Assembly: GCA_040285825.1 (NCBI GenBank)
Contig: JAUPSS010000002.1
Coordinates: forward strand, 806,001-870,000
Direction: 5' to 3'
Length of the DNA stretch: 64,000 nucleotides
Source: Eukaryota sp. TZLM1-RC
Taxonomy: Eukaryota; Protista; Metamonada: BaSk clade
Shown piece after piece: positions 37,950 through 52,126 of the stretch. The notes below the pieces were generated by a model. It did no database searches. It had not been told where the DNA came from and saw only the letters and a list, made by a program, of their open reading frames with translations. A program made the translations under genes and the position numbers. Position 1 is the stretch's first letter. Every line of letters begins with the position of its first letter.

Positions 37950-40304
37950 CTGTGAATTTTATCCCAAGTGTAAGACTATCCAGGGTGACAGGAGACCCAA
38001 AAAGTTCTAACGGGGAACTTTGGTTGAACTGCTCAATTAACAACGTGAAAGTACAAGGCAAAAATGACAATGGAGCTGCATTTTTAGCATTGTCATTGGA
38101 TTTGGCCTTGAACTGTAAAAAGACGGTTAATGACCATAAAATTGTGGAATACTTATCGGCAAATGGTATTCGCTCCATGACCCTAGGAGGTGCAAGTGGT
38201 GTTTTTGCTCTAATTGTGGGTAGCTAGGCCACTCAAGTACTTTTAAGAATCGAACTCCAAATCAGACCTGGTACCAACAATTCTTTGATTGGAAGAGACT
38301 TATTACAAACCTTGGTGCTACGTACACAGCATGGTTTAAAAATTAGTTTGGATCGCGAACATTGCACCATTTTGAATGCTGAATGTGATTTTGATAGTAG
38401 AATTTTTCAACCAATCAGATTCATAGAACAATTGAGTAACAAATCAGACTTAGGTAATGATTTAGGGCACTCCTCATTCAGACATAATTTAGATGAATTG
38501 TGCTGTAGAATATGCTTGGATGACATTAAAGATAAGGAAAGCCTAGTCGTGCTACAAATAAATACAAAAATTTGTTTAGTGAACTAACTCACCCGAATGG
38601 AATTGATTGTCAGCCAATAACCATTACATTTTATGACGAAAGTATGGTCGTCAAAAAAAAGCTCAAAAATTAAACCGAAAAACAAAGAATAGCCGAGGAA
38701 ATTTTCCACATATTGATCCTTAATCGAGTTGCAATGTGCGAACAGTTTCAATTCAGTAATCCCATTTGTTTTGTTATTTAACCTGATCACATAAAACCAC
38801 GGTTAACTGGAGATTTTAGTGGTATAGGTGGAATAAATGATTTAACTCAAGCTGTACAGCCAAATTTGCCCAGGATTAGCGACAGTTTAAAGCTTCTAGG
38901 TAAAGTCAAATTATATAGCAACTCTAGTTTTACTTAAGGCATTTTGACAGTTCAAAATTGCTAAAAACATATTTATAAAACTACCGCATCAATTCCCGGG
39001 ATGTCAATCAGTTTCAAAAAGGGTTGTTTTGGTTCAAACATTGGTGTAGCCTTACGAAACACGATTATAGAAGTATTTGATTCTGAAGGTGTATTTATAT
39101 ATTTTGATGATATTATAATAGTAGCTTCAACCTTGGATGAATTTTCCAGAGTAAGTACGGTCTTAGAACGCGCCAAACGTTTCATAGTTAACCAGGGCCT
39201 ACACAATTGCATATCCTAAATTTGAGGATCCTAAATTTGATATTTTTGACACTGGAATTTTGAAGATCAGGCAAGAACAACTTATAAGTATTGATTCAAA
39301 CCCAGATCATTAAAAAATTACAACTATGATTCTTCTATCCAACTATATACCAACAATCGTGGAAGATTGTTATTCCAGATAACTTATAAAAGCAGACTTT
39401 AACCATCATTCATGGGCATGCAAATGTTGGTCATCCTGGTGTGGCGAGTAGCGTAATGAAATTACTTGAAAGTGATTACTTTTGGCCAAACATGCACAAA
39501 GATATGATTAATCATATTGACAGATGTCTAGCAGATCAAAAGACGACACAAGTGCCTAAAAATGTCATTGATTCAACTCGCTCCCAGTAGTATGTTTGAA
39601 CTAATAAAATCAGCTAATGTAGATATTCCCTTTGTTAAAGGTCTTGAACCAAAACTTGAAAGAATTTCAAAGAAGAGAGAAGAGGCAGAGCCCAGACAAG
39701 CTCAACAACATCCTGGAATTTTACAAACATAGGAACCCTTTTAATCAAGGTGACTTAGTTTTGCGATTAAAGACTAATGGTAAACTCCATGGTTGCTTCG
39801 CTGACCCTTTTCTCATTGAAAACGGCTAGCACTAATCATTGTAAGCTATACCTCTTTGACTTCCTTATTGAAGATATAAATTGACATAAAAACATTGATG
39901 CGGTCAAATGGAAGAATCTGTTATTAAGATTATAGATAACTTTGATTTTATAGACTCAAATAATAATAAAGTTCCTTATTGCACCGCAGTTTGGTATGGC
40001 GGCGAGACATCGTCTGTCCCAGTTGCTGATGTCAAAACCACTGAGGCATACTAATTATATTTGCGTATTCTTAATCCTCGAATTACCAGGAACCGGAAAG
40101 TAAATTCGAATTATAAATCCAAGATTAATTCCCCTGCAGTTAATTCTTGTAGCTCTTGTACGAGATCTAAGGGAGGGAAAAGTTAGTGTTGTACTGTGGA
40201 CAATTGGTCTAGTATAGATTTCACTAGTGATGGCCTTTATAAGTACCAGTGACATTTAATAAATACCTTTAATCTTTAGCTATTGTGATCTATATATGTC
40301 AACA
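37950..40304 (+). mobile_element. Degraded second Ty3/gypsy chromovirus with 3' LTR
   Basis: Protease-like DNGA..LIGRDLL; RT CFG..YFDDIII; integrase H..GHPG..FWPNM; chromodomain YCTAVWYGGET; PPT aagggagggaaaag then LTR TGTTG...CAACA at 40187-40304. Confidence 0.8.
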
Positions 40305-40704
40305 GCATCACTGGAATCATTATTGTCAAATTTAGATTATTTGGTTGCGTCATTTCCTGTTGAAGTTTCAGCAAGAGGAAGAGTAGGTAATGGCTGCACT
40401 TCATTGATGACAAGATTACTCATTCAAAAGTCCAACAAAACCATCTGTAAGGAATTAGCACTTCAAGTTCTCACTTGCTTTTACCGCTCCTTTTCTTCTA
40501 GAGAATCTCGATTATGGTTGTCTGATGGAGTGAAATGATGGACACACAAAATGGGCGGCGGCTCAAAAGTGTTGCAAACTCAGTATTTCACGTTGATTGT
40601 TAATAGGAAAAAATGTATTTATTAATAAGACGTATTTTATATATAATAAAGTACTAATTATGAATGGATTTAATTAAAAACAATAAGATTGAAAATCAAA
40701 AACG

Positions 40705-41424
40705 CTAGTGGACAATATACTTTGAATAATCACAACCATCTTCTCTGACTTCATTTATTAAATTCAAATGTCTTAATAAATCTAACATTTGTTTTCCTTT
40801 TGGATCAGCTTTTATATTGGTCAAATCCTTTAGGTCATTAAAAGTAAAGCAATTACTGCCCCCTAAAGCTGACCATTCTGCTATCAAATCCCTGTACTTG
40901 CCAGATTTGTTTCCTTTCTTCAATAGAATATATTTTTTCTTTAATAGTTTATTAATGTCAGATATAGCGTTGTTCACCTTAACCACAGTGTTTCTTTGCT
41001 TTAAATATTGTGGAATAGCATCAAGCTGTGCCTGTGTTATGATTGGAATGAACGGCGGACTGTCATCACTGACAATGTGTGATGACGTCGTGCTGACATG
41101 CGCCGAGGGGGCAGTTTGAGGCCTGGACTGTGGTGGTGGCCTCGAAACAGGTTTAGGAAGACAAGCTTCTAACTTATCAATGTAATCTGACTGTCTTGCA
41201 GCATAAGTACGCAATGGTTCCAAGACGGCCCTGATGTTTGAAAGTTCCTCAGGTAGTTCAATCACTTCTTGAATGGATTGTTCGATGTAAGTCAACTGTT
41301 CAGATAAGTCTGTCAAGAGAGGAGTACCAGAGGGGAGTGAGCGAAACTTGAGCAGATCGGTTAGATATTCAATCTTTGTATCAAAGTAATCAGCAAGATC
41401 AGATAAAGAACCTAATGACGACAT
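40705..41424 (-). CDS. SKA1: SKA1-like kinetochore protein
   Basis: N-terminal coiled coil, Pro/Ser linker, C-terminal ITQAQLDAIPQYLK.R..VNNAISDIN..KKY...LLRHLNLINEVR matching the SKA1 microtubule-binding domain. Confidence 0.78.
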   Translation of the reverse strand: MSSLGSLSDLADYFDTKIEYLTDLLKFRSLPSGTPLLTDLSEQLTYIEQSIQEVIELPEELSNIRAVLEPLRTYAARQSDYIDKLEACLPKPVSRPPPQSRPQTAPSAHVSTTSSHIVSDDSPPFIPIITQAQLDAIPQYLKQRNTVVKVNNAISDINKLLKKKYILLKKGNKSGKYRDLIAEWSALGGSNCFTFNDLKDLTNIKADPKGKQMLDLLRHLNLINEVREDGCDYSKYIVH

Positions 41425-42088
41425 CGGCAAATAGCGAAAAATGTCAAATAGTAGTAATGTGTTGGAGGATGTAGATGAGTTGAATGTGTAACTGAAGAGA
41501 TAAATCCAATATCACCCAATCCAAAATTGGATTTAGAATTTTTTAAAAAGCTGTGGTTTTTTCACCTTCAAAAATCAAACAGGGGTTTTTGTTATAACAG
41601 ATTTACCTAAATCTGATGAGATGAAACTTGGCAACTTTTGTCCGCCTGAGAATGCTAGTTTGAGTGTATAATGAGTGTGTAAGTAATTACCGTTCTACCA
41701 TATGATATATTAAGAACATCATTGACGATGAAACTCCATAAACATCTACAATTCTTACAGGTGACTAATCCATATCTAAGGAGTGGGTATAGAGTGGATT
41801 TGCTCACCTATAAGGTGGTGCGTTAGGCCCAAATTGTTTGTCCATACATTAACCTTATTTTTCCTCGAATCCACTTCTGTGACATCGTAAAATAATCATA
41901 TACACTCAGTAGCAATAAATTGAAATTACAATTTCTAATGTATTCTCAATAGCCAAGATTTAGCTAAATGCATTCTTCTGCACAAGGAATCTCATAGTGG
42001 CTTCAATCGTTTTTTGTCACGGTTTTGGTAGCCTACAAGCTATATTTATGCTAATAGTTGTCATTAACTAAACTATTAAACCCATTTG

Positions 42089-45000
42089 ATCTTTATTAAA
42101 TCTATGCTATTGTCGATTGTGAAACAGCGTGTAGTTCCCAATGGTTGATTGGCGATGATACAATCCAAATCACCCAAAAAATGACACTTTGCAACTGGCC
42201 ATTTTCAGAACCTGACACTGTTGCCAAATTTGATTTGTCAGGGTGCCATGTGTTATTTGAATAAACATCAAAGCTGTCAAACATTTTGTGAATAAAGCCA
42301 AGAAACTTTTACTGTATCGAATAGGAATAGCTTACAACTTTAAACTATTTGCATTCACAATATATCTATTAAATCCATTGTAAACTTAATTTTTTACATT
42401 ATTTCACCCATACTCCCAAAACTAGATTGAGTAACTGCAATGTCTGTGTTCTCAACCGTGAAAAGCGTTGAAAAAGCTAAAGATGTGCTGTTGATTAAAA
42501 GACAAAAAGGCATTATCCAAAACAAAAGTAATGTTTGAGATTTTAGTTACAACATTGAGCTTTATGTCCATCACAAAAGCTTACAAGGAATATTGTGTTG
42601 AACGTTTTGGAGACCACGCAAACAGTTGCACCCTTTCCTAGTGATATTATAAACAAGTTGTCAGCCAAAAAGGTAACACATCTCTTTCCTTTGAATCTAG
42701 AAAACAACGAATGATTGTAGTTTAATACCACTCAGCTGAAAACAATATTGACGACAAATCTCTATCAGAATCTTGAAGAAAAACGATATTTTCTTCATCA
42801 TTCTTCTCTACGACTTTCAACAGTATGCCTAGCTCCACACTAATAGCAGTGAATGTTCCCCCTAGATATCCAGCATCCAACGCTGTATTTCCCTCTCCTT
42901 CTCCCCCTTCTTTCCCCATCATAATAGGTGGAGATTCGAGCGTCAAAACCAATGAGAGCTCTTCTTTCGTTCAAGCGACCCCTCTCCTCCACGACTCTCT
43001 CTCCGGTGTCAAAGATTCTGGCAGCGACACCATTAGACAAGACATAGTTGATGCTCTCAAATACTACTGTGGCCGTACTCTTTCCTCTGTTGATAACTTC
43101 TCTGCGTTCATGTCTACTGCCTTTTCCGTCCGTGACCGTCTTGTAGACAGATGGAATGCAACCCAAGAACATTTCATACGTGCAAATTCCAAATTTGCCA
43201 ACTACCTCTCTCTTGAATGGCTCATGGGACGTGCCCTCACCAACTCCCTCGTCAACCTTGAACTCAAAGACAAGTATGCTGAAGTTTTGGAAAACCTCGG
43301 AGTTTCCCTCGAACATGTTGTTGAGAATGAACATGATGCCGGACTTGGTAATGGAGGTCTTGGTCGCTTAGCTGCCTGTTTCATTGACTCGTTAGCTACT
43401 ACCAACCACCCTTGCTGGGGATATGGACTCCGCTATAGTTATGGTATGTTTAAACAACTTATCGAGAATGGTGAGCAGGTAGAAGTACCAGAATATTGGC
43501 TTAATTATGGAGATGATCTTCAGGAAAGAATTGATGTTCAATACCCTGTTCATTTTGGTGGTCAAGTAATTAAAAGAGAAGAAAACGGTAAAACTGTTTA
43601 TGATTGGCAAGGAGCTACTTGTGTCAGAGCAGTTGCTTATGATGCCTTTGTTCCTGGGTTCAAGACTGATAATGTTCTTAATCTTCGGTTATGGGCCGCC
43701 AGGGCTCCCACGGGGTTTGATCTCCAGGCTTTTAAGCACGGTGATTACTTTGCTTCAGTCCGTCAACAAATGGAAGCTGAGAATCTAACTTCTGTACTCT
43801 ACCCTGATGATTCTACCATTCAGGGACGTCAGTTACGATTAAAGCAACAGTATTTCTTTACTTGTGCATCAATAAGTGATATTTTGAATCGTTTCTCCAC
43901 TCTCCACAGACCCCTCTCTGAACTTCCAAAGTTCCACTGCGTTCAATTAAACGATACCCACCCAGTTCTTGCTATTCCTGAACTAATGAGGCAATTGGTT
44001 GATGTCAAGGGGTTAGATTGGCCAGAAGCTTGGGAAATCACAAAAGAATTCTTCTTTTATACTAACCATACTTTAATGAGTGAAGCTTTGGAGAAATGGC
44101 CTGTTCATTTTTTTGAATATTTACTACCTAGACATTTACAAATTATTTATCTAATTAACCATGAACATTTAGAACAAGTCCGTGCTTTCTGCATTCAAAA
44201 GAACTTGTCTCAGACTGATACTGATCGTCTTTTGGCTAATCTTTCTATCATTGATGAAAGTGGTGAACGTTATGTCCGTATGGCCCATTTAGCTGTTGTG
44301 ACTTCGGTTAAGGTAAATGGTGTTGCCCAGGTTCATGCGCAATTAATGAAGGAATCAATTTTCTCTCAGTTTGTTGAGTATATGGGAGAATCCAAGTTTG
44401 TTGGTATCACCAATGGAGTTACCTTTAGAAGGTGGTTAAAAGTTTGTAATCCTGCTTTAACTGAGTTGATTACTCAAGTTGTTGGTTCTGAGGATTTCTT
44501 GAATAAACCCATCTTGCTTAAGAAATTAGAACCATTAGCTGATGACGCCAAGTTTAGGAAGCAGTGGATTAATTGCCGTCAAGTGGCAAAGAGAAAATTA
44601 GTCAAGTTGATTAGAAATACCTGTGGAATTTCTGTTAATTCTGAAGCTCTTTTTGATGTACAAGTTAAAAAGAATTCACGAATACAAGCGCCAATTTATG
44701 AATATTCTCTATGTCATTCACCGGTATTTGATCATTAAGGACGATCCTGCCTCTGCCAGAAATGTCATGGTTCCTAGAGTGGTGGTGTTTTTCTGGTAAG
44801 GCAGCTGCTGCCTATGTTCAAGCCAAACGTATTATTAAATTGATTACTGGAGTGGCCAATATTGTCAATAATGATCCTGATGTTGGTGATTTACTCAAGG
44901 TTGCCTTCATTCCCTCTTATGGAGTGTCTCTTGCTGAAGTAATTATGCCAGCCACTGATCTTTCTGAACAAATTAGTACTGCATCAACAGAAGCTTCAGG

Positions 45001-45598
45001 TACTGGAAATATGAAGGCTTCTCTCAATGGAGCTCTCGTCATTGGAACAATGGATGGAGCTAACATTGAAATTGCTGATAAAGCTGGTCAAGAAAATATG
45101 TTTATATTCGGTCTTCGAACTCACGAGATTGCCAACATGAGAAAAAGAGTTTGCGAAGGAACTGCTCCTGCTCTTGATTCCCGACTAGCTAGAGTATTGA
45201 ATGAAGTTTGTTCAGGTAGATTTGGAAATGATTTCCAACCTCTTGTAGATAGTATTCGCGGCAGTAACGATCATTACCTTGTATGCCAGGACTTTGCTGC
45301 TTACTGTGAAGCTCAAGCTCAAGTAGACGCAAAATGGCATCGTAAGGATGATTGGGTAAAGTCTTCTATTCTGAATACAGCCAGAGCAGGATTCTTTTCC
45401 TCTGATCGTTCTGTTACAGAGTATGCTGAAATGTGGGGCTTAAAGCCTTTGGCTTGTTCTCTTGACAGTGCTCCTAGAAAAAGAGCGGCTTCTGTAGTTT
45501 CTGATTTGTCTGAGACTGATGATCTGCAGTTTAATTAGCTTTTTGCGGTATAAATTATGTTTTTAAAGTTTTTATTTTGTCAAGTAAAGTTTAGTCTT
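42089..45598 (+). repeat. ~3.5 kb inverted segmental duplication, copy 2
   Basis: Reverse complement of 19208-22715. Confidence 0.95.
42825..45538 (+). CDS. Glycogen/starch phosphorylase, copy 2; apparent +1 homopolymer frameshifts near 44668 and 44788
   Basis: Same motifs as copy 1; the consensus of the two copies gives an intact ~903-aa protein. Confidence 0.93.
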
Positions 45599-46079
45599 TT
45601 TACTTATAAGTGTTGGTTGTGCTGGCTTCGTAAGATTTCAATTTCTTGGTTAATTAATCCCCATTTCCTTGTATGAATCTAACAGTGACGATACATTTCC
45701 TTGGAAGTAGAGTCCATTATGAAGTTATCTTACTATGGAATAAATTGCTTTTCAACAGATGTAACAATTCTCTTTTTTTAGGTACTTTTTAGGTACTGAA
45801 TGACTCATGTACTTTGATTCTGAATCTGTCCAGCTTGAGGCCTAAATTCAAAGACAAAAATATTGGCAATTAATTTTTCATATCGAATTCTATTAATCTC
45901 ACACATAACATTTGGTTTCAATGTTTCTGTGAGTTGGTTCGGTTCGGTTTTATTGTAGGCAAAACTGAAACCAAACCAAAAAGCCAAAACCAAAACAAAA
46001 TGCTTTAACTAAATATTTTGCTGAAGACAAAAAACCATGTGCACCCCAAAAAAATAAAAAATACTCTGACTTTTCCAAA

Positions 46080-48296
46080 ATGACCAGGACGATTGGTCGC
46101 TCAATCGATGGAACTATCCTCCACTTTGCAAAGGAGCTGAAACGACTTCGACACTGCTTTGATACACTGTCGAAAGAGCAAGCCCAACAACAGCAACTTT
46201 TGGTTCTGTTTAGTGATGTATACTCAAAGAGTTCGCCGTCTACAATGCCAAATACCACTATTTCACATGATAACCACATACCCGAGACAACTAATCCGCT
46301 ATCGACCGTTCAACTACCATCTACCACTGCCAGCCCACGACCTGACTCTCCTTCTTTTCTTGCTCAACCAACACCCTCATCAGACATCACTGATCAGATC
46401 TCCATTATGAACACCCAGCTTACCAATGTCATTCAGCAACTTCCTTCCCTCACCAATACAGTACAGGACCTCTCTTTGAAGTACTCTGACCTATCTCAAA
46501 CAGTTTCGTCAATGCATCCAACTAATGATGATTCAACTAATGATGGAGGAAGCTTTGGCAGTCAGGACTTTTCTAACTTGATGACGCAATTCAATGAACA
46601 AAACACTGTTATTAATCAATTGAAGAATCGCATGGACACTCTTCAACGTGAAATTACTGAAACTAAGGAACATAATCATATCAAAAGCCATTCTGGTAGC
46701 ATTACCGCTGATTCCGATGCCAAAACCACAGAAACGGGTATAAATGTTGTTGGAGATAAAGAGACAGTCAGTCAAAGTACAGCACAACACAATTTCGTGT
46801 CGTTCAATGATCTTGATTCAAGGCTTTCTGAGTTTCGCGAGGCCTTCTCTCAAGAATTATTTAACCATGAACAACAGTTAAACGCCATTAATGAAAGCTT
46901 GGAATCTGTTTTTGATGTTATGAATTCTTTGAAAGATGAATTGAGTGATTTAAAGGAAATTAAATCAAAACAATTGGAATTAATGTCCAGTTTGAATAGC
47001 AGTGACGGTCAAAAAGATGAAGATAATCGAGATCAATCATTTTTGATTGAACTTTCCCATAAGGTTGATCTAATGGATACTGAATTTCGTAGACTTTCTA
47101 AATCTTTCGGAACCAAATCCCAGGAAGATTCCCAAATTCCATATTTAATTCAAGGATTTAATGATCTCAAATCACAAAACCTTCAACTCTCCAACACCAT
47201 TGAAACCACCCAGGTTCAAATGAGTACCCTTGTCAATGAGTTCAACTCCAAACTTGACCTAACTGATTTAAGGCAATCACTCAAGAGTTTTGCAAAGGAG
47301 GAGGTGGCAAAGTTTTCTCCTACAGTTGGTGAAGGTAAGACAGTTTTAAAAGAAGTTTCTGCAGGTCAAGATCATTCAAACATTAATCTGGATCCTGTAC
47401 ACAATTCTCTACACATACTTGAGCATGATATCCAAAAGCTCAAAACCTCTCTTTCTTCATTGGAAGATTCCAAGGTTGATAAGAGTGATTTCCTTATGTT
47501 AGCAAAGAATGTTCCTTCCATTACTGCCCTCAACTCTGATTTAAAGAAGAAAGCTGATAAAGAATATGTGCAAGATTTATTTAGTCAAGTGGCAAATATG
47601 GCTGAAAAGCTTGGTGTTGAACTTGATACTGCCAAAATGGTCAGCAAGGAGATTGTTCAGGAAGAGATTTTATCGTTCAAAGATGAAATGAAAAAGAAAG
47701 CTGATCATAGCGCTATTGAGAAGTTGCAACAAAGTCTAAAGAAACTTCGAGCTTCTTCACGGAGACAGAATGTACACGTAGACAGTACTCCAGTTGTTGG
47801 TAATTGTCTTCATGACGTTTCTGATGATGCTGCAGCGTCGAGATATTCAGTTGCCGCTATTAATCCACATTGCTTGAGCTGCTCTAGACCTTTGTTCCCC
47901 TATGCAAGGTCTGGTGTGTTCTCTCCTCCGCTCTTTCCACGTACACCCTTCTATGATCGAAATAGGTCGCCGTCCCCTCCCAAAACAGTTCCATTACGTC
48001 CACACAGCTCTCAATGCTTGTATCGTGGTAGCTATCAAAGCACTAGCCAACGCCCAAATAGCCCTAATAACACAAGCACTGTACCCTCCATTAGATCACC
48101 TTCTCCATTCAGCAGGTCGAGAGAGGTTAAAGAGAAGCAGGCAAGGACAGTCATCCATCGTGGACGGGGTTTTCTCTCTCCTCTCCATGTTAAGCCTGTG
48201 TCCCCTATCGCTGAAACGGGTCTTGATGGTAGAGTGTATCCAGGTTTGTTGTCTGGGGAAGGGGATGTGCTTCCTCCTATCAATAATAATAGTTGA
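46080..48296 (+). CDS. Coiled-coil protein, QRICH2/C16orf96 (DUF4795)-like
   Basis: KVDK/KADK repeats, HCLSCSRPL and C-terminal GLDGRVY motifs. Confidence 0.65.
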   Translation: MTRTIGRSIDGTILHFAKELKRLRHCFDTLSKEQAQQQQLLVLFSDVYSKSSPSTMPNTTISHDNHIPETTNPLSTVQLPSTTASPRPDSPSFLAQPTPSSDITDQISIMNTQLTNVIQQLPSLTNTVQDLSLKYSDLSQTVSSMHPTNDDSTNDGGSFGSQDFSNLMTQFNEQNTVINQLKNRMDTLQREITETKEHNHIKSHSGSITADSDAKTTETGINVVGDKETVSQSTAQHNFVSFNDLDSRLSEFREAFSQELFNHEQQLNAINESLESVFDVMNSLKDELSDLKEIKSKQLELMSSLNSSDGQKDEDNRDQSFLIELSHKVDLMDTEFRRLSKSFGTKSQEDSQIPYLIQGFNDLKSQNLQLSNTIETTQVQMSTLVNEFNSKLDLTDLRQSLKSFAKEEVAKFSPTVGEGKTVLKEVSAGQDHSNINLDPVHNSLHILEHDIQKLKTSLSSLEDSKVDKSDFLMLAKNVPSITALNSDLKKKADKEYVQDLFSQVANMAEKLGVELDTAKMVSKEIVQEEILSFKDEMKKKADHSAIEKLQQSLKKLRASSRRQNVHVDSTPVVGNCLHDVSDDAAASRYSVAAINPHCLSCSRPLFPYARSGVFSPPLFPRTPFYDRNRSPSPPKTVPLRPHSSQCLYRGSYQSTSQRPNSPNNTSTVPSIRSPSPFSRSREVKEKQARTVIHRGRGFLSPLHVKPVSPIAETGLDGRVYPGLLSGEGDVLPPINNNS

Positions 48297-48546
48297 AGTG
48301 AATTGTTCAGTAATATGTTTTCGTTTGATCTTTGAAAAGTTTTGGAGGAAAATCAAGTTTATTTTTTAAGTTAAGAATCAGTCTTCTGTTTTTAATTTTT
48401 TGAAATATTTTCCAAAATTTAATAAAAATCATCAGAACCTTGCTTTTCACCTTGAAAATTGTAAACACAGAAGTGTTTTTTTGAGTTTTTGACTATAACA
48501 TGACATTCATACATTTGACAATATTTGTTTTGTTTGCAGTTCTCAT

Positions 48547-50679
48547 ATTTATTGAATTTGCACACTTAATTAAATTAACTCATAACTAATGGGACGACTA
48601 TCATTGAACCAAGATTTCCTCTACAAAATCTTGATTTGCTTGCTGTCTGGCTAAAGCTTCTCTTATTCGATTGAAAAACCGTGGTAATCTATTAATAATG
48701 GCAAATTGAATCCGTGAACGCCATAAAAAAAGATCAAATCTTTTCATTGTTTTTTCTTGCACCATTTTTTGGAAGTCATCCAAAAAAGTTTCTGCTTCAA
48801 CTGATAATCTTCCATTTATCGAAAATGGGAAAGCAATAAAAACCAGCTGTGTATTTCTATCGACATTTGCATCTTCAATATCTTTGTCATATTTTCTATG
48901 TTTCTCTTTTGCTTTTAAATCCAGAGCAGCCACAGGATTAAGTTTTCTTCTGTGAACCAAAGTATCATTTGCAACATTACATGAGACAAAGTCAACAATA
49001 GCTTCAGAATTATCAATCCAATCACAGTATACATCACCTCTATCATCAGAACCAAAATTATTCAGAGAAAGTGTTTCCTTCAGCAGGGGCTCTTTGATAC
49101 ACGACATCCTTGCGGTTTGTGCCATATTGAAAACAGTGTCTCTAACAGCATCATGTAATGAAGCACGATAAGTTATCAATTTAGAGCAATTCAGAGCATG
49201 GCGCAAAGTGAGTTGAGGTGAATTCGAACAAATACATTTTTCTTTTGATAATAATTGATTAATGGGGATATTCAAATATAATCTCATTTTTGTTACAAAT
49301 GCTTCATTAGTGGCACACAATCCAAATCTTCGTGGTACAATGGTTACAAAAAGTGAAGAATTTGACGACTTGTTTTCACAAACACCCTTTTCCAATAACA
49401 ATGAGTGAAGATCATGATTTAAAACAGCCGAGCTGCATATATTATTATAAAGATCTTTTTCATACATTCCAGTTAATCGTTTCTGTAATGTTTGAAGAGT
49501 GTACTTCAAATTTAAAACATTTTTTTCTGGAAAATTGCCATTGAATGATTGGGGAAAACATCGACCCCATTTTTCTACATCAATTCTTGAAATTTCTTCA
49601 TTTAATGCAAAAACAGTGGAACTTTGCGTTGTCATCAATAAATCTTCCCAATCTGCAAATCTTTCGGAAAACTCAAAGATTGCATTTCTGCATCCACCAA
49701 CAAAAGCACACGAGGTAAGAATAGAAGCCTTCGTCCACCCTAAACCACCATAATGTGGACTAAGGTAAGCATGATCTGGAATTTGAAACATTTTACATCC
49801 CAGTAATTGAGACAGAACTTTTGCACGTAACTCATTAAACTTTTGAGCCAAAGGTCTAGTGACGAGAGGATTTGTAGATCGAAATATATGATTAAAATTG
49901 GAACTAAAACACAGTCTTATAATGGTAAATTTGATGTGTTTTTTTATATCTAAATTCATCATTCGGTCAATTTTGTCAGAAATTGGGTTCAACTTTTCAA
50001 ACAATTTTTTGGTAATTTCATCATTATTTCCTAAAAACGAACCCAAATGACGAATAGCATCAATTGAATATAATTTGGCTTGAATTTCAATACCATCAAC
50101 CGATGTGGAAACTGGAGAATTCGATAACATAACACATTTAAGTAAATTAAGTCGGAGACCAATTTTGGTAAATAATTCTTTAAAACATACAGTTGCTTGT
50201 TTTACAATATTTAAATCACCAATAAGCACAACATCATCCATATATGCAATCATTTTTAGTGAAGGAAACATCTCTTGAATTTGCAGTAAAATAGGATGAA
50301 TGGCCAAACAAAACAAAAGAGGTCCTAACGGATCTCCTTGCTTTACACCACTTGATGAACTCAAAATGTTATTACTGAAATGTAAATTAGAATATGTGCA
50401 ATATGTTGATTGAAAATACGGCATTAATTCCGGCATATATTGCAATAGAGCACCATGGATACTGCGACGACTTAGTGAATTGAAAGCGTTACTAAAATCC
50501 AATGTCATACAAACATTGGAATCATTTTGGCGAAATAAAACATCAGTAGCAAATATCGCTGAAGAGACTCCATCTGTGGTGTTGATACCATATTGAAAGG
50601 GTAATAAAAATTTTTTTGCTTTCTCATTGAACCTGCTTAAGCAACACGCAGAAAAAATATTTTGTAAGCTCTCAGAGAC
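48547..50679 (-). mobile_element. 5'-truncated family-1 RLE element with open RT-RLE frame
   Basis: ORF 48601-50508: LDFSNAFN, GVKQGDPLGPLLF, AYMDD and RLE motifs. Confidence 0.93.
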
Positions 50680-51354
50680 CAGTTCTTGCAGTTCTTGAAT
50701 TCTTTTTGGAAAAAGTAAAATTTATTGTTTATAAGCAGGTTAGGACTTTTATTTCTAGAGGGTATTTCTTTTGTTTTTTAACAACAAAAGACACTGCCTT
50801 TAGATTTCTGAACTTTCTTACTGTGCTTATTGTTATTGTTAGTCCAACATAAACCCCATATAATCTTGAGCGATTCTACTGAATGATTGCAGAATCACCC
50901 TACCAAACGACACTGTCTACATAACTCGTTTACGAAAAAGGGAAGAAGCAGAGCGTCTGTATGGAACGATCAAACATACTCAGCAAAGTAGTCAAACAAA
51001 CAGATATAGACACGAAGCCGTTTTAGTTTTGTTAACTTCTCTACTCTACATCATTGTGAATGAGCCATAGTACAACGAATGTCGATCTTAAAGCAGTAAA
51101 AGCAGATTTTGTACGATTCCCAACCAGTACAGATATAATAGTCGACAATAAAAAACATTATTAATTAGTTATTGGTATTTTGTATATTTATATACATAGT
51201 TTTTATAGTTATTAGTTCAAAGATGATTAATTTTGGAAAAGGAAAGAAGTAATGTTGGCGCCTTTAGACTTAAATAGAATAAGGGTAAAATAAATCACCT
51301 TTATCTCCTTCTTTATTTTACTTTATTTTTTTTATTGTTTTTAAAAACTACACT

Positions 51355-51545
51355 TAAGGCAACATTAATAATATTAAATCAGAACTAAAGGTCCTAAATT
51401 TTGTGAATCAAGATTTCCTTCACAAAATCCTGAACTGATAGTTTTCTCGCCAGTGCTTCTCTTATTCGATAAAGGAACCGAGGTAATCTATTAATTATAG
51501 CAAATTGAATTCCCGACCGCCAAAAAATTCACAAACGTTTTACTA
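51355..51545 (-). mobile_element. Diverged family-1-like RLE 3' fragment
   Basis: Similarity to the last ~150 coding nt of family 1 (QFAIINRLPRF..RIREAL..DFVKEIL). Confidence 0.7.
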
Positions 51546-52126
51546 TTGGCAATACAAGAATAATATAAAATAAAATAGCGCACACCAGAAAATTGCTGAG
51601 GTTGATTTATGTTATCAGGTTTTTGAGTTCCAGTTTACATTATTTGGATATTTGATCTTTATCAATTGTTTAATTTGTTTGTAAAAATAAACAAAAAAAC
51701 AAATCGGCGACTTGAAGCATCAAACAACCATTTGTCTAGATTCAGTACTCTTCCAATGTGATCTACATTCCTAATACTTACTCACTGTCCCCTGATTAGA
51801 CTCTTTAAAGTAGCTTCAAAACAAAGAGTCCCCTCTGGCACATGGTAGATTCCCACAACACCAGAACTTCTCATTTGGCGTTCAGTTGTTTGCTTTGAAT
51901 TTTCTTGTTTTCCCAAGATGAGTAAAATGCTATTGAATTCTTTTCGAAAACATACAACCAAAATCTTTATCGTGTTCATCATTAATGAATTTGTTGGTTG
52001 ATACGTGATTGAAGTGTTGCAGTTTTCTATTTTTCCCACAAAAGTCTTTATGAATGCAAAATCTATATTGATTATTCAATTGCTGACATATGCATAAAAT
52101 AATAAAAATAAATTTATTGACAACAT

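Noticed and set aside
45910-46000. GGTT/AACC inverted motif cluster (possible MITE or hAT end)
   Set aside because: No clear TIR pair or TSD.
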